From Candidatus Campbellbacteria bacterium (lineage in GTDB: Bacteria > Patescibacteriota > Minisyncoccia > Phycocordibacterales > JABAAK01): a stretch of DNA of 64,000 nt. The notes beneath the pieces were generated by a model that had not been told where the DNA came from, made no database searches, and saw only the letters and a program-made list of their open reading frames with translations. The position numbers and the translations under genes were made by a program. The stretch is from positions 1,895 through 65,894 of the forward strand of contig JAPPQH010000015.1 of NCBI GenBank assembly GCA_028817035.1. Reading direction: 5' to 3'. Below, piece after piece: positions 56,389 to 64,000 of this stretch (position 1 is its first letter; each line of letters opens with the position of its first letter).

Positions 56389-57168
56389 ATGGCATCTTTA
56401 ATAACACTAATGTTCGGCGCCTTTTTAGCAGGCATCGCGCTTTTTCTACTTCCTTGCACATACCCATTAATCCCCGGTTACCTTGCGATTCTATATCAAG
56501 AAGGCGACACAAAACAAAAAATGATGAAAAAAGCAGTCGCCTTTCTCGTAGGTTTTTCAATCATCATATTATTATTGTTCGGCGTATTGTCTGTCGCTGG
56601 TTTTACGATACAAGTTCTGTTCGCACCATTTCAATCATTACTTATTAAACTGGGAGGCATAATAATTATTTTCTTCGGCATACTAATCATATTTGCCGGC
56701 GCCTACCCATCATTTCTAAAAAAGACATATCATTTTGTCGGCATAAACAAACCCACAAACAATAACTCAATAACCACATCCTTTTCACTCGGCGCGTTTT
56801 TGGCACTCGGCTGGACACCCTGTCTTGGTCCAATAATAGGGAGCATAGTGATACTCACAAGCCTTTGGGACACATTCCTTGAAGGACTCTTGTTGCTAAC
56901 CGTCTTCCTCATTGGCTTCACCCTACCTTTTCTCGCTATTGCTTGGGTATATGCAAGCGCCTCAACAACCCCAAAAATTCCAAACTGGTTTTTCAAGGCA
57001 GTTTCAATAATAGGCGGACTCGTCCTTATAATCTTAGGATTTTTGCTATTTTTTGATGAACTTGGTTTAATAGCATATGTGGGCTACCAAACAGCAGACA
57101 ACCTCGGGTGGCTCTCTGAGGTAATTAATGGGCTTGAAAACATTGCAGAAAAGTTTTTTAATCAGTAA
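56389..57168 (+). CDS. ccdA: CcdA/DsbD-family thiol-disulfide transporter (cytochrome c biogenesis-type)
   Basis: Two conserved TM cysteines (LPCTYPLIP and WTPCLGPIIG), 6-7 TM helices. Confidence 0.7.
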   Translation: MASLITLMFGAFLAGIALFLLPCTYPLIPGYLAILYQEGDTKQKMMKKAVAFLVGFSIIILLLFGVLSVAGFTIQVLFAPFQSLLIKLGGIIIIFFGILIIFAGAYPSFLKKTYHFVGINKPTNNNSITTSFSLGAFLALGWTPCLGPIIGSIVILTSLWDTFLEGLLLLTVFLIGFTLPFLAIAWVYASASTTPKIPNWFFKAVSIIGGLVLIILGFLLFFDELGLIAYVGYQTADNLGWLSEVINGLENIAEKFFNQ

Positions 57169-57245
57169 ATCTCAGTAAATTTTGCTGACTTTACACAGCC
57201 CGTCTTTATATATATAATAAAACCCTATAATAAAATTTGTAAATC

Positions 57246-57422
57246 GTGAGATTAATAAGATACATAAGCAATGTAATTGCAGAATCAAAAAAAGTCAGGT
57301 GGCTACCCATAAAAGACGCCACCAAGCTTACCATATTGGTTGTAATAATAACCCTACTCGTTGCTTTTATTTTAGGATCTCTTGATTACGGAACAAATTA
57401 CATTATCCGCACAATCATATGA
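57246..57422 (+). CDS. secE: Probable preprotein translocase subunit SecE (58 aa, GTG start, 4-nt overlap with nusG). Not in the ORF track
   Basis: KKVRWLPIKDATKLTILVVIITLLVAFILGSLDY resembles the minimal SecE (amphipathic plus single TM). Canonical secE-nusG-rplK order. Confidence 0.5.
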   Translation: MRLIRYISNVIAESKKVRWLPIKDATKLTILVVIITLLVAFILGSLDYGTNYIIRTII

Positions 57423-57964
57423 GTAAACAAACATCAACAGGAGAAAAAAACTGGTACGCAGTTCACACATATTCGGGCTATGAAGAATCCGTTATGCGCA
57501 ACCTAAAACAAAGAGTAGTAACCTTAGGCATGGAGAACCGTATTTTTGATGTCATTGTTCCAACAGAAAAATGTGTAAAAATAAAAGGAGGAAAACGAAC
57601 AGAAGTAACAGAAAAAATTTATCCAGGATATGTTTTGGTAAACATGATAGTTGATGACGAAACATGGTACACCGTGAGAAACACACCAAGAGTAACAGGA
57701 TTTGTCGGTGTCGGAACAAGCCCAGTCCCACTCTCTGAAGAAGAATCAAAAAAAATATTCTCAAGGATGGAACAAACAACACCAATGTATGAAACTGATT
57801 TTACAGAAGGTGATATGGTAGTTGTTATTGACGGACCGTTCAAAGACCTTGAAGGCCGCATAGGAAGTGTGAATCACGAAGAAGGAAAGGTCAAAGTATA
57901 TGTGCCTATGTTTGGAAGAGAAACCGGCATTGAACTTGATTTTCTTCAGATAAGACGAGTATAA
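57419..57964 (+). CDS. nusG: Transcription antitermination factor NusG
   Basis: NWYAVHTYSGYE NGN domain, C-terminal KOW (GDMVVVIDGPFKDLEGRIGSV). Confidence 0.9.
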   Translation: MSKQTSTGEKNWYAVHTYSGYEESVMRNLKQRVVTLGMENRIFDVIVPTEKCVKIKGGKRTEVTEKIYPGYVLVNMIVDDETWYTVRNTPRVTGFVGVGTSPVPLSEEESKKIFSRMEQTTPMYETDFTEGDMVVVIDGPFKDLEGRIGSVNHEEGKVKVYVPMFGRETGIELDFLQIRRV

Positions 57965-57971
57965 AATAAAT

Positions 57972-58394
57972 ATGAAAAAAGTTATAAGACAAGTAAAAAT
58001 TCAACTTGAAGGGGGAAAAGCAACCGCAGGACCCCCAGCAGCAACCGTTCTGGGACCCCTTGGAATAAACATAGGGGAATTCATAACGAAATTTAATGAA
58101 GCAACCAAAGAATCAATGGGCGAGGTTATCCCTGTTGTATTAAGCATTTATGACGACAGAAGCTTTACCTTCATAACAAAAATATCTCCCGTCTCCCGAT
58201 TGCTATTAAAAGAAATAGGAAAAGACAAAGGCTCAGGAAAAAACCTTGTCACAAAGGCAGGAAGGATAACAAAAGAACAAGTGAAAAAGATAGCAGAGAA
58301 AAAAATGGAAGACCTAAACACAAAAGACATTGAAGCCGCATCAAAAATAGTAGAAGGAACAGCAAGATCAATGGGCATTGAAGTCAGCAATTAA
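57972..58394 (+). CDS. rplK: 50S ribosomal protein L11
   Basis: IKLQLEGGKATAGPP-type motif. Confidence 0.9.
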   Translation: MKKVIRQVKIQLEGGKATAGPPAATVLGPLGINIGEFITKFNEATKESMGEVIPVVLSIYDDRSFTFITKISPVSRLLLKEIGKDKGSGKNLVTKAGRITKEQVKKIAEKKMEDLNTKDIEAASKIVEGTARSMGIEVSN

Positions 58395-58422
58395 AACGAC
58401 TGAAATGGCAGCAAAAACAAAA

Positions 58423-59472
58423 TCACTCAACCATACCCAACTTGTCCTCAACCTTCTTCCTTATCTCATCCGCCAACTTTTTATCCTCACTAAGACACTT
58501 TCTCGCAGCATCATAGCCCCTCCCAAGCTTTTTCTTACCATACGCATATGAACCAACCTTTCCCTTCGTTATAATCTTGTATTTCTCACCAAGCGCAAGC
58601 AACTCTCCCTCCTTTGTTATACCCTCGTTATACAAAAGATCAAACTCAGCAAGACGATGGGGAGGTGCAACCTTATTCTTTACAACCTTAACACGAACAC
58701 GACCACCCATAACCTCATCACCCTTTTTAATCTGTGCTATACGGCGTATATCCAAACGGACAGAAGAAAAGAACTTTAACGCCTTACCACCTGGCGTTGT
58801 TTCAGGACTTCCAAAACCCATTGACCCTATATTCATCCTTATCTGGTTTATGAAAATAATAACCGTCTTTGACCTTGAAACAATAGCAGTCAACTTCCTT
58901 AACGCCTTCGCCATCAACCTCGCCTGCAAACCAATCTGCATACTATCCATATCACCCTCAATCTCAGCCTTCGGAGTCAGTGCCGCAACAGAGTCAACAA
59001 CAATAACATCAACACCACCCGACCTAACCAAACTATCAGTTATATCAAGCGCCTCCTCACCAGTGCTTGGTTGAGTAAACAAAAGTTCCTCCAAATTAAC
59101 ACCAATCTTTTTTGAATACTTTGTATCAAGCGCATGCTCAGCATCAACAAACGCCGCAACACCACCCTGCTTCTGCGCCTCCGCAATAGTATGAAGTGCA
59201 AGCGTAGTCTTTCCTGATGACTCAGGTCCATATATCTCAATTATCCTTCCTCTCGGAATACCACCAACACCCAAAACAGCATTCAAACCGATAGACCCCG
59301 TAGGAATAACTTCTATATCCAACTTCGGTCTCTCAGACAAAGTCATTATCGCATCCTCACCAAACTTTGTTTTTATTTCATCTATAGTATCAGAAATATT
59401 TTTTTTAGACACGCCACCACCAACACCGACACTTTTCTTTTTACCACCCTTACTCTTACTCTTTTTAAGCAT
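58423..59472 (-). CDS. recA: Recombinase RecA
   Basis: GPESSGKTT Walker A, RecA L1/L2 loop motifs. Confidence 0.95.
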   Translation of the reverse strand: MLKKSKSKGGKKKSVGVGGGVSKKNISDTIDEIKTKFGEDAIMTLSERPKLDIEVIPTGSIGLNAVLGVGGIPRGRIIEIYGPESSGKTTLALHTIAEAQKQGGVAAFVDAEHALDTKYSKKIGVNLEELLFTQPSTGEEALDITDSLVRSGGVDVIVVDSVAALTPKAEIEGDMDSMQIGLQARLMAKALRKLTAIVSRSKTVIIFINQIRMNIGSMGFGSPETTPGGKALKFFSSVRLDIRRIAQIKKGDEVMGGRVRVKVVKNKVAPPHRLAEFDLLYNEGITKEGELLALGEKYKIITKGKVGSYAYGKKKLGRGYDAARKCLSEDKKLADEIRKKVEDKLGMVE

Positions 59473-59497
59473 ATACCTTACTCTATTATATTTATTA

Positions 59498-59845
59498 CTA
59501 TTCTACAACAATAATCTCAATCGCCTCATTCCTAACCCTCCCATCTGGAGAAGTCGCCTTAAGATTAATAACATTATAACCGACAGGAAAGGCAATCCTT
59601 TCACGAAACTCCATCTCAGGTGTTATGAAAATCGCCCTCCCATTAAGCAGAATCTCACTTGTAAATGAAACATCACCCTCAACAACAACAGGCGAAACAA
59701 CCTCCGCTCCACGCACAGGACTCTCAACATTAATCACAGGACCCGCCCTAAAAACACGAGAATTCCAAAGCAAATACGCCACTATCAAAATCGCAAGTAT
59801 TAGCGAAAACAGAATACCACCCGCCCTCCTTTTTGTCCTTACCAT
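59498..59845 (-). CDS. hypothetical membrane-anchored protein (115 aa)
   Basis: One TM helix; no family recognised. Confidence 0.4.
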   Translation of the reverse strand: MVRTKRRAGGILFSLILAILIVAYLLWNSRVFRAGPVINVESPVRGAEVVSPVVVEGDVSFTSEILLNGRAIFITPEMEFRERIAFPVGYNVINLKATSPDGRVRNEAIEIIVVE

Positions 59846-59852
59846 ATAGGCG

Positions 59853-59900
59853 TTATTTTACACCATATTACGAAAAATAGGGAGAAATGAAAGACCACCC
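59853..59900. repeat. 48-bp direct repeat copy 1 (the immediate upstream region, i.e. 5' leader or promoter, of the 115-aa gene)
   Basis: ttattttacaccatattacgaaaaatagggagaaatgaaagaccaccc is identical at 60757-60804. Confidence 0.9.
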
Positions 59901-60073
59901 AATCCCAGCTCCTTAAATATATTGATTTTTTGTATATCATATGATATAAATATTAGTAGGCATCAGACTGTTGTGGAGCCCCAAGCTTATGCCGGGTAAG
60001 TGTCGTTTTTTCGGCACCGAAACAACAGCAGCTTAGAAAAAGATCCGTAGGGGTCTTTTTTGTTTGTAAGTAT

Positions 60074-60751
60074 TTACTTAGTGGACCTAATTCTTCTTGG
60101 ATATTCCCAAACATCTAATATTTTTGGTTTTATATAATTCTTATAAAGTCCTACAGAACCATTGTATTCATATTTTGTAAAAACTATATTAGCAATCAAG
60201 TCTGCCAATTGAATGCCATAGCATTTCTTAGAATTTTTATATTTTACTAAGATACTTTCACAACAATGATTATCATTGTGTATTGATTCAACATTAATAT
60301 ATTCCTCCAACGAATATTTTGATCCAGTTTTTAGGTTTCTATTATCAATACAAACCTCAACTGATTTTGTTGATATTTTTCTTGTGATTTTTTCTTGGAA
60401 TAATCTATTAAGGGTATAGTTAAAAGCCAACTCTTTAATACTATCTGAGTTTATATATTTTTCTTTATAATATTGTGCTGCAGTATCAATAATGCCAAGC
60501 CAAATGTTAAAATCTATTCCTTTACTATCTATCTCACTCAATATTCTCTTTTTCAGGGCATAATTCATATCAGATCCTTTTATCTCCCCCAAGGTTTTTA
60601 AAGTAGAATTATTCTTTATAACCTTCTTTGCTAAATTTTTCCAGCTTTTATAATGTCTTCTTGAAGAAAAATAAATAACTGGAAATACAAAATATCTGCC
60701 ACCCCTTCCTAAATTTCCACTTTCATCAATATAAAGCCTCTCTATTTCCAT
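60074..60751 (-). CDS. DUF3800-family protein
   Basis: N-terminal LYIDESGN and C-terminal IQLADLIANIV are the two hallmark DUF3800 motifs. Confidence 0.6.
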   Translation of the reverse strand: MEIERLYIDESGNLGRGGRYFVFPVIYFSSRRHYKSWKNLAKKVIKNNSTLKTLGEIKGSDMNYALKKRILSEIDSKGIDFNIWLGIIDTAAQYYKEKYINSDSIKELAFNYTLNRLFQEKITRKISTKSVEVCIDNRNLKTGSKYSLEEYINVESIHNDNHCCESILVKYKNSKKCYGIQLADLIANIVFTKYEYNGSVGLYKNYIKPKILDVWEYPRRIRSTK

Positions 60752-60756
60752 ATCGC

Positions 60757-60804
60757 CTTATTTTACACCATATTACGAAAAATAGGGAGAAATGAAAGAC
60801 CACC
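60757..60804. repeat. 48-bp direct repeat copy 2 (upstream region of the DUF3800 gene, directly after the ftsK stop)
   Basis: Exact copy of 59853-59900. Confidence 0.9.
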
Positions 60805-60806
60805 CC

Positions 60807-63047
60807 CTACTCCTTATCAGCCAAAATCTCCCTCGGCTTTGACCCCTGCTGAGGCCCTATAACCCCCCTATCCTCCAACATATCCATCAACCTCGCAGCC
60901 CGCGAATAACCAACCTTAAGCCGCCTTTGCAAAAGAGAAGTAGAAGCCTTTCCCGCACTTACAACAACCTCCCTCGCATCATTATACAAATCATCCTCAT
61001 CATCACCCCCACCATCACCAAAACCACCAAGACCAGCACCACCACCACCACCACCACTACCACCACCCTCAACATCATCAGCAACCATTATATCGCTTAT
61101 AGCCGCATCATTATTCTTCACTATATTACTCACAACACTCTTAACCTCCGCCTCCCTCACATACGCCGCCTGCAACCTCTCCGACTTCGCCATCTCACCA
61201 GATATAAAAAGCAAATCACCAGCACCCAACAACTTCTCAGCACCAGCACTATCAATAATAGTCCGCGAATCTATCTGCGAAGAAACCTGCAACGCAATCC
61301 TTGACGGAATATTAGCCTTTATCAACCCAGTTATAACATTTACAGAAGGCCTTTGCGTAGAAAGTATTATATGTATCCCAACCGCCCTACTCATCTGCGC
61401 CAAACGGACAATAGCACCCTCAAGCTCCCTCGGATACGCCTGCATAAGATCCGCCAACTCATCCACCACCACAACCACATACGGCAAAATCTTACCCCTC
61501 TTAGAAGAATTATAAGAAGCAATATCCCTCGCCTTAGCACTCTGCAAAACATCATACCTCCTCTCCATCTCCTTTGTCGCCCAAATCAAAGAAGCAACCG
61601 CCTTCTTAGGAGAAGTAATAACATCAGTAAGCAAATGAGGAATACCATCATACAAAGTAAGCTCAACCCTCTTAGGATCAACCAAAATAAACCTAAGCTC
61701 CTTCGGCGAATGCCTATACAACAAAGAAAGCAATATATTATGTATAACAACCGACTTCCCAGACCCAGTAGTCCCCGCCACCAATATATGAGGCATCTTC
61801 GCCACACTAACAATCTTAGTCCCACCCTCAATATCCTTACCCACAACTATAGGCAAAGGATCACCAAACGCCTTAAACTTCTCAGAAGCAATCATAGAAC
61901 CAAGCCCAACAGTCGCCTTCTTCGTATTTGGCACCTCAATACCAACCAAAGACCTACCAGGAATAGGCGCCTCAATACGGACAGGATGAGCCGCCAAAGT
62001 CAGCTCCAAATTATTCTGCAACGCCAAAATTTTTGAAAGACGAACCCCCTCAGCAGGCTTCAACGCAAACCTTGTAATAGACGGACCCACAGAAACCTCC
62101 TCAACATCAATATCAATACCAAAATTATCAAAAGTCCTCACCAAAGTATTCGCCTGCGCCTTAATATCACCACCAGACGAAGCACCCTTATCAGTCTTAA
62201 GCAAAGACAAAGGAGGGAAATTATACGGCGCATCCGAAACCTCAATCTCAGACAAAACAGGAGTCCTCACAGGCGCACCACCACCACCATCACCATCACC
62301 AGCACCCTCTTCCTCCTCATCACCCTCCTCATCACCCTCCTCAACATCATCCTCCTCATCCTCACCTTCCTCCTCATCACCCTCACCCTCAACATCCTCC
62401 TCCTCACCCTCACCCAACTCCTCACCATCTTCCTCATCCTCATCCTCATCACCATCACCACCAATAACCTTAAAATCCTCCGCCCTCTCCTTCTTATTCT
62501 TCCAATCAGTAACATACGCAGCAAGCGTAGGATAAAGCATAACAATAAAACCAGTAATAAAAACAACCAACAAAATAGGCAACGCAAAATAAAGTTCAAA
62601 CAAATACACCAACAAGTTTGCAATACCACCACCAACAACACCACCAACAAAAGGACCAACCAAAAGCGAAAGCAAACCTATAAAAGAAACAAACGCAACC
62701 ACACCACCAACAACACAACGAACTGAAAAAAACTTTGAAGTCTCCTGCTTAGCAATAACATAAATAAAAAACGCAATTATAAAAACCAAAACCCAATAAC
62801 CCTTACCAAACGCACTATCAAGAAAAGAAAAAGAAAACTCACCAACAGGACCCGCCCTACCAAACGCAGCCAAAACCAAAAAAATTAAAACAAGAGTAAG
62901 AACAATAGAACTAATAACCGCCCTCTCAGCATCAGAAAGAGAATTAATAGATTGTTTAATCAAATTACAACAACCACCACAAAACCTACACACAAAACCC
63001 ACCAACCCAGAACCAGATTTATTGGTATTTTTCCTTGACCGTCTCAT
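60807..63047 (-). CDS. ftsK: DNA translocase FtsK/SpoIIIE with TM N-domain, long acidic D/E/G low-complexity linker, motor domain and gamma domain
   Basis: VAGTTGSGKSV Walker A, FILVDPKRVEL, and C-terminal winged-helix gamma. ATG at 63047 chosen. Confidence 0.85.
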   Translation of the reverse strand: MRRSRKNTNKSGSGLVGFVCRFCGGCCNLIKQSINSLSDAERAVISSIVLTLVLIFLVLAAFGRAGPVGEFSFSFLDSAFGKGYWVLVFIIAFFIYVIAKQETSKFFSVRCVVGGVVAFVSFIGLLSLLVGPFVGGVVGGGIANLLVYLFELYFALPILLVVFITGFIVMLYPTLAAYVTDWKNKKERAEDFKVIGGDGDEDEDEEDGEELGEGEEEDVEGEGDEEEGEDEEDDVEEGDEEGDEEEEGAGDGDGGGGAPVRTPVLSEIEVSDAPYNFPPLSLLKTDKGASSGGDIKAQANTLVRTFDNFGIDIDVEEVSVGPSITRFALKPAEGVRLSKILALQNNLELTLAAHPVRIEAPIPGRSLVGIEVPNTKKATVGLGSMIASEKFKAFGDPLPIVVGKDIEGGTKIVSVAKMPHILVAGTTGSGKSVVIHNILLSLLYRHSPKELRFILVDPKRVELTLYDGIPHLLTDVITSPKKAVASLIWATKEMERRYDVLQSAKARDIASYNSSKRGKILPYVVVVVDELADLMQAYPRELEGAIVRLAQMSRAVGIHIILSTQRPSVNVITGLIKANIPSRIALQVSSQIDSRTIIDSAGAEKLLGAGDLLFISGEMAKSERLQAAYVREAEVKSVVSNIVKNNDAAISDIMVADDVEGGGSGGGGGGAGLGGFGDGGGDDEDDLYNDAREVVVSAGKASTSLLQRRLKVGYSRAARLMDMLEDRGVIGPQQGSKPREILADKE

Positions 63048-63343
63048 ATATACTATAAAAATTATGATAACACGAAAATGGCGATATATTGTGTATATAG
63101 TCAATAAATAAAGGTATTTTCCACAACCACAAGACAAACCGAACTATATATGCTATAAAATAACACTAAGGGTACTCATACTCATTTTTTTATGGGTTTG
63201 CGTTCCCATCCTTAGAGTTATGTTTTTTAAATATAAAACTAAGGAAGACTTGATTAGTAGTTGTGTTTTGAAAATTTATTTTCAAAAAAAATAAATTTTT
63301 ATTTCACATCTTAAAACTTAACAAGTAACAGTCATAATCGATT

Positions 63344-64000
63344 ATGAATATTACAACAAGTAAAGAAATGAAGCGGATAGTTTTAGGAGCTGTTCTTTCT
63401 TTTGTGCTCGTTGCATCACTTTTTGCGGTTGCGCCAGTCGCACACGCGCAAAGTGAAGCAGAGCTTCAAAAACAAATAGCAGACCTTCTTAAGCAAATTC
63501 AAAGTTTGCAAGGTCAGCTTGGTCAGAGCGGTTCAGGTCCGGTTGCGTCTTCTTCTTCGGTGTGTCCAAACACTTGGACTCGCAACCTAACTTTTGGTTC
63601 CGTAGGTGAAGATGTAAGAAAACTACAACAGTTCTTAAATGATGACCCCGACACGAGAGTTGCAACAACAGGAGTTGGTTCAGCAGGAAGTGAAACCACT
63701 TTCTACGGATCACTCTTAACAAGTGCAGTCACTCGTTTTCAGGAAAAATACGCAAGCAGCGTATTGACACCTATAGGGCTCACACAAGGAACTGGAGGCT
63801 TCTACACAAGAACCAGAGATCACGCAAACTCACTTTGCTCAACAACAGTTGAAAGAAGTGGTAGTAGAAGGAGCATAGACACCGAAAGTGTCACTCCATC
63901 AGCTGACTCTGTAAGGGTTACCGAGGGTAACCACCCAACAAACGGTATAGCAGTCCAAGGCGCACTTCGTGTTCCTTTCACTGTCTTCTCACTAACAGCG
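63344..64000 (+). CDS. Secreted protein with a PG_binding_1-like (putative peptidoglycan-binding) domain. 3' end lies beyond the window (partial)
   Basis: Signal peptide MKRIVLGAVLSFVLVASLFAVAPVAHA; GEDVRKLQQFLN...FYGSLLTSAVTRFQEKY. Open frame runs to the window end. Confidence 0.5.
   Translation, partial: MNITTSKEMKRIVLGAVLSFVLVASLFAVAPVAHAQSEAELQKQIADLLKQIQSLQGQLGQSGSGPVASSSSVCPNTWTRNLTFGSVGEDVRKLQQFLNDDPDTRVATTGVGSAGSETTFYGSLLTSAVTRFQEKYASSVLTPIGLTQGTGGFYTRTRDHANSLCSTTVERSGSRRSIDTESVTPSADSVRVTEGNHPTNGIAVQGALRVPFTVFSLTA

Noticed and set aside
60927-62659. ORFs of 125 and 227 aa (plus strand) and 130 aa (minus strand), R/L/T-rich
   Set aside because: They lie within ftsK, antisense or out of frame. 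They are products of the acidic/glycine low-complexity linker coding region

Overview
AT-rich bacterial segment with a streamlined, CPR/Patescibacteria-like core (inference). Its backbone is the str/S10/spc/alpha ribosomal-protein super-operon: rpsL-rpsG-fusA-tuf-rpsJ-rplCDWB-rpsS-rplV-rpsC-rplP-rpmC-rpsQ-rplNXE ... rpsNH-rplFR-rpsE-rplO-secY-adk-map-ndk. S5 is followed directly by L15 with no L30, and rplK is followed by recA instead of rplA. Other housekeeping genes present: tig-clpP, hup, ppa, nusA, tpiA-pgk, folA, recJ, rnhA, sod, rpmB, infC-rpmI-rplT, secE-nusG-rplK, recA, ftsK, a DsbA/DsbA/CcdA cluster, and a ComEC split into two genes. Three tRNAs are present: Gly-GCC, Pro-TGG, Gly-TCC.

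Several accessory insertions interrupt this conserved backbone. None carries a recognisable integrase or transposase.
(1) A tRNA-Pro/tRNA-Gly-flanked island carries an Mrr-type restriction enzyme, a VanY-like peptidase and a three-gene HExxH-vWA / small protein / AAA_5 (MoxR-like) module. I consider this module the best candidate for an undescribed conflict system.
(2) A 3.85-kb island bounded by 57-bp direct repeats sits inside the ribosomal operon between rplE and rpsN. It holds a Doc/Fic-like toxin with an overlapping small ORF, a Panacea (DUF4065) antitoxin plus an unknown toxin, membrane proteins, and a duplicated promoter-like element.
(3) A MORN-variant (YwqK-like) secreted repeat protein and murB are also wedged between rplE and rpsN.
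(4) A DUF3800 cassette with a duplicated 48-bp upstream element lies between recA and ftsK.

A 1.4-kb non-coding stretch (2937-4331) contains three tandem minus-strand terminator-bearing units that may be small RNAs. It also holds a striking array of five perfect 18-bp palindromes (ATGTTTCACGTGAAACAT) interleaved with DnaA-box-like TGTGGAAAA motifs upstream of a YraN-family nuclease gene. That array is not a CRISPR array.
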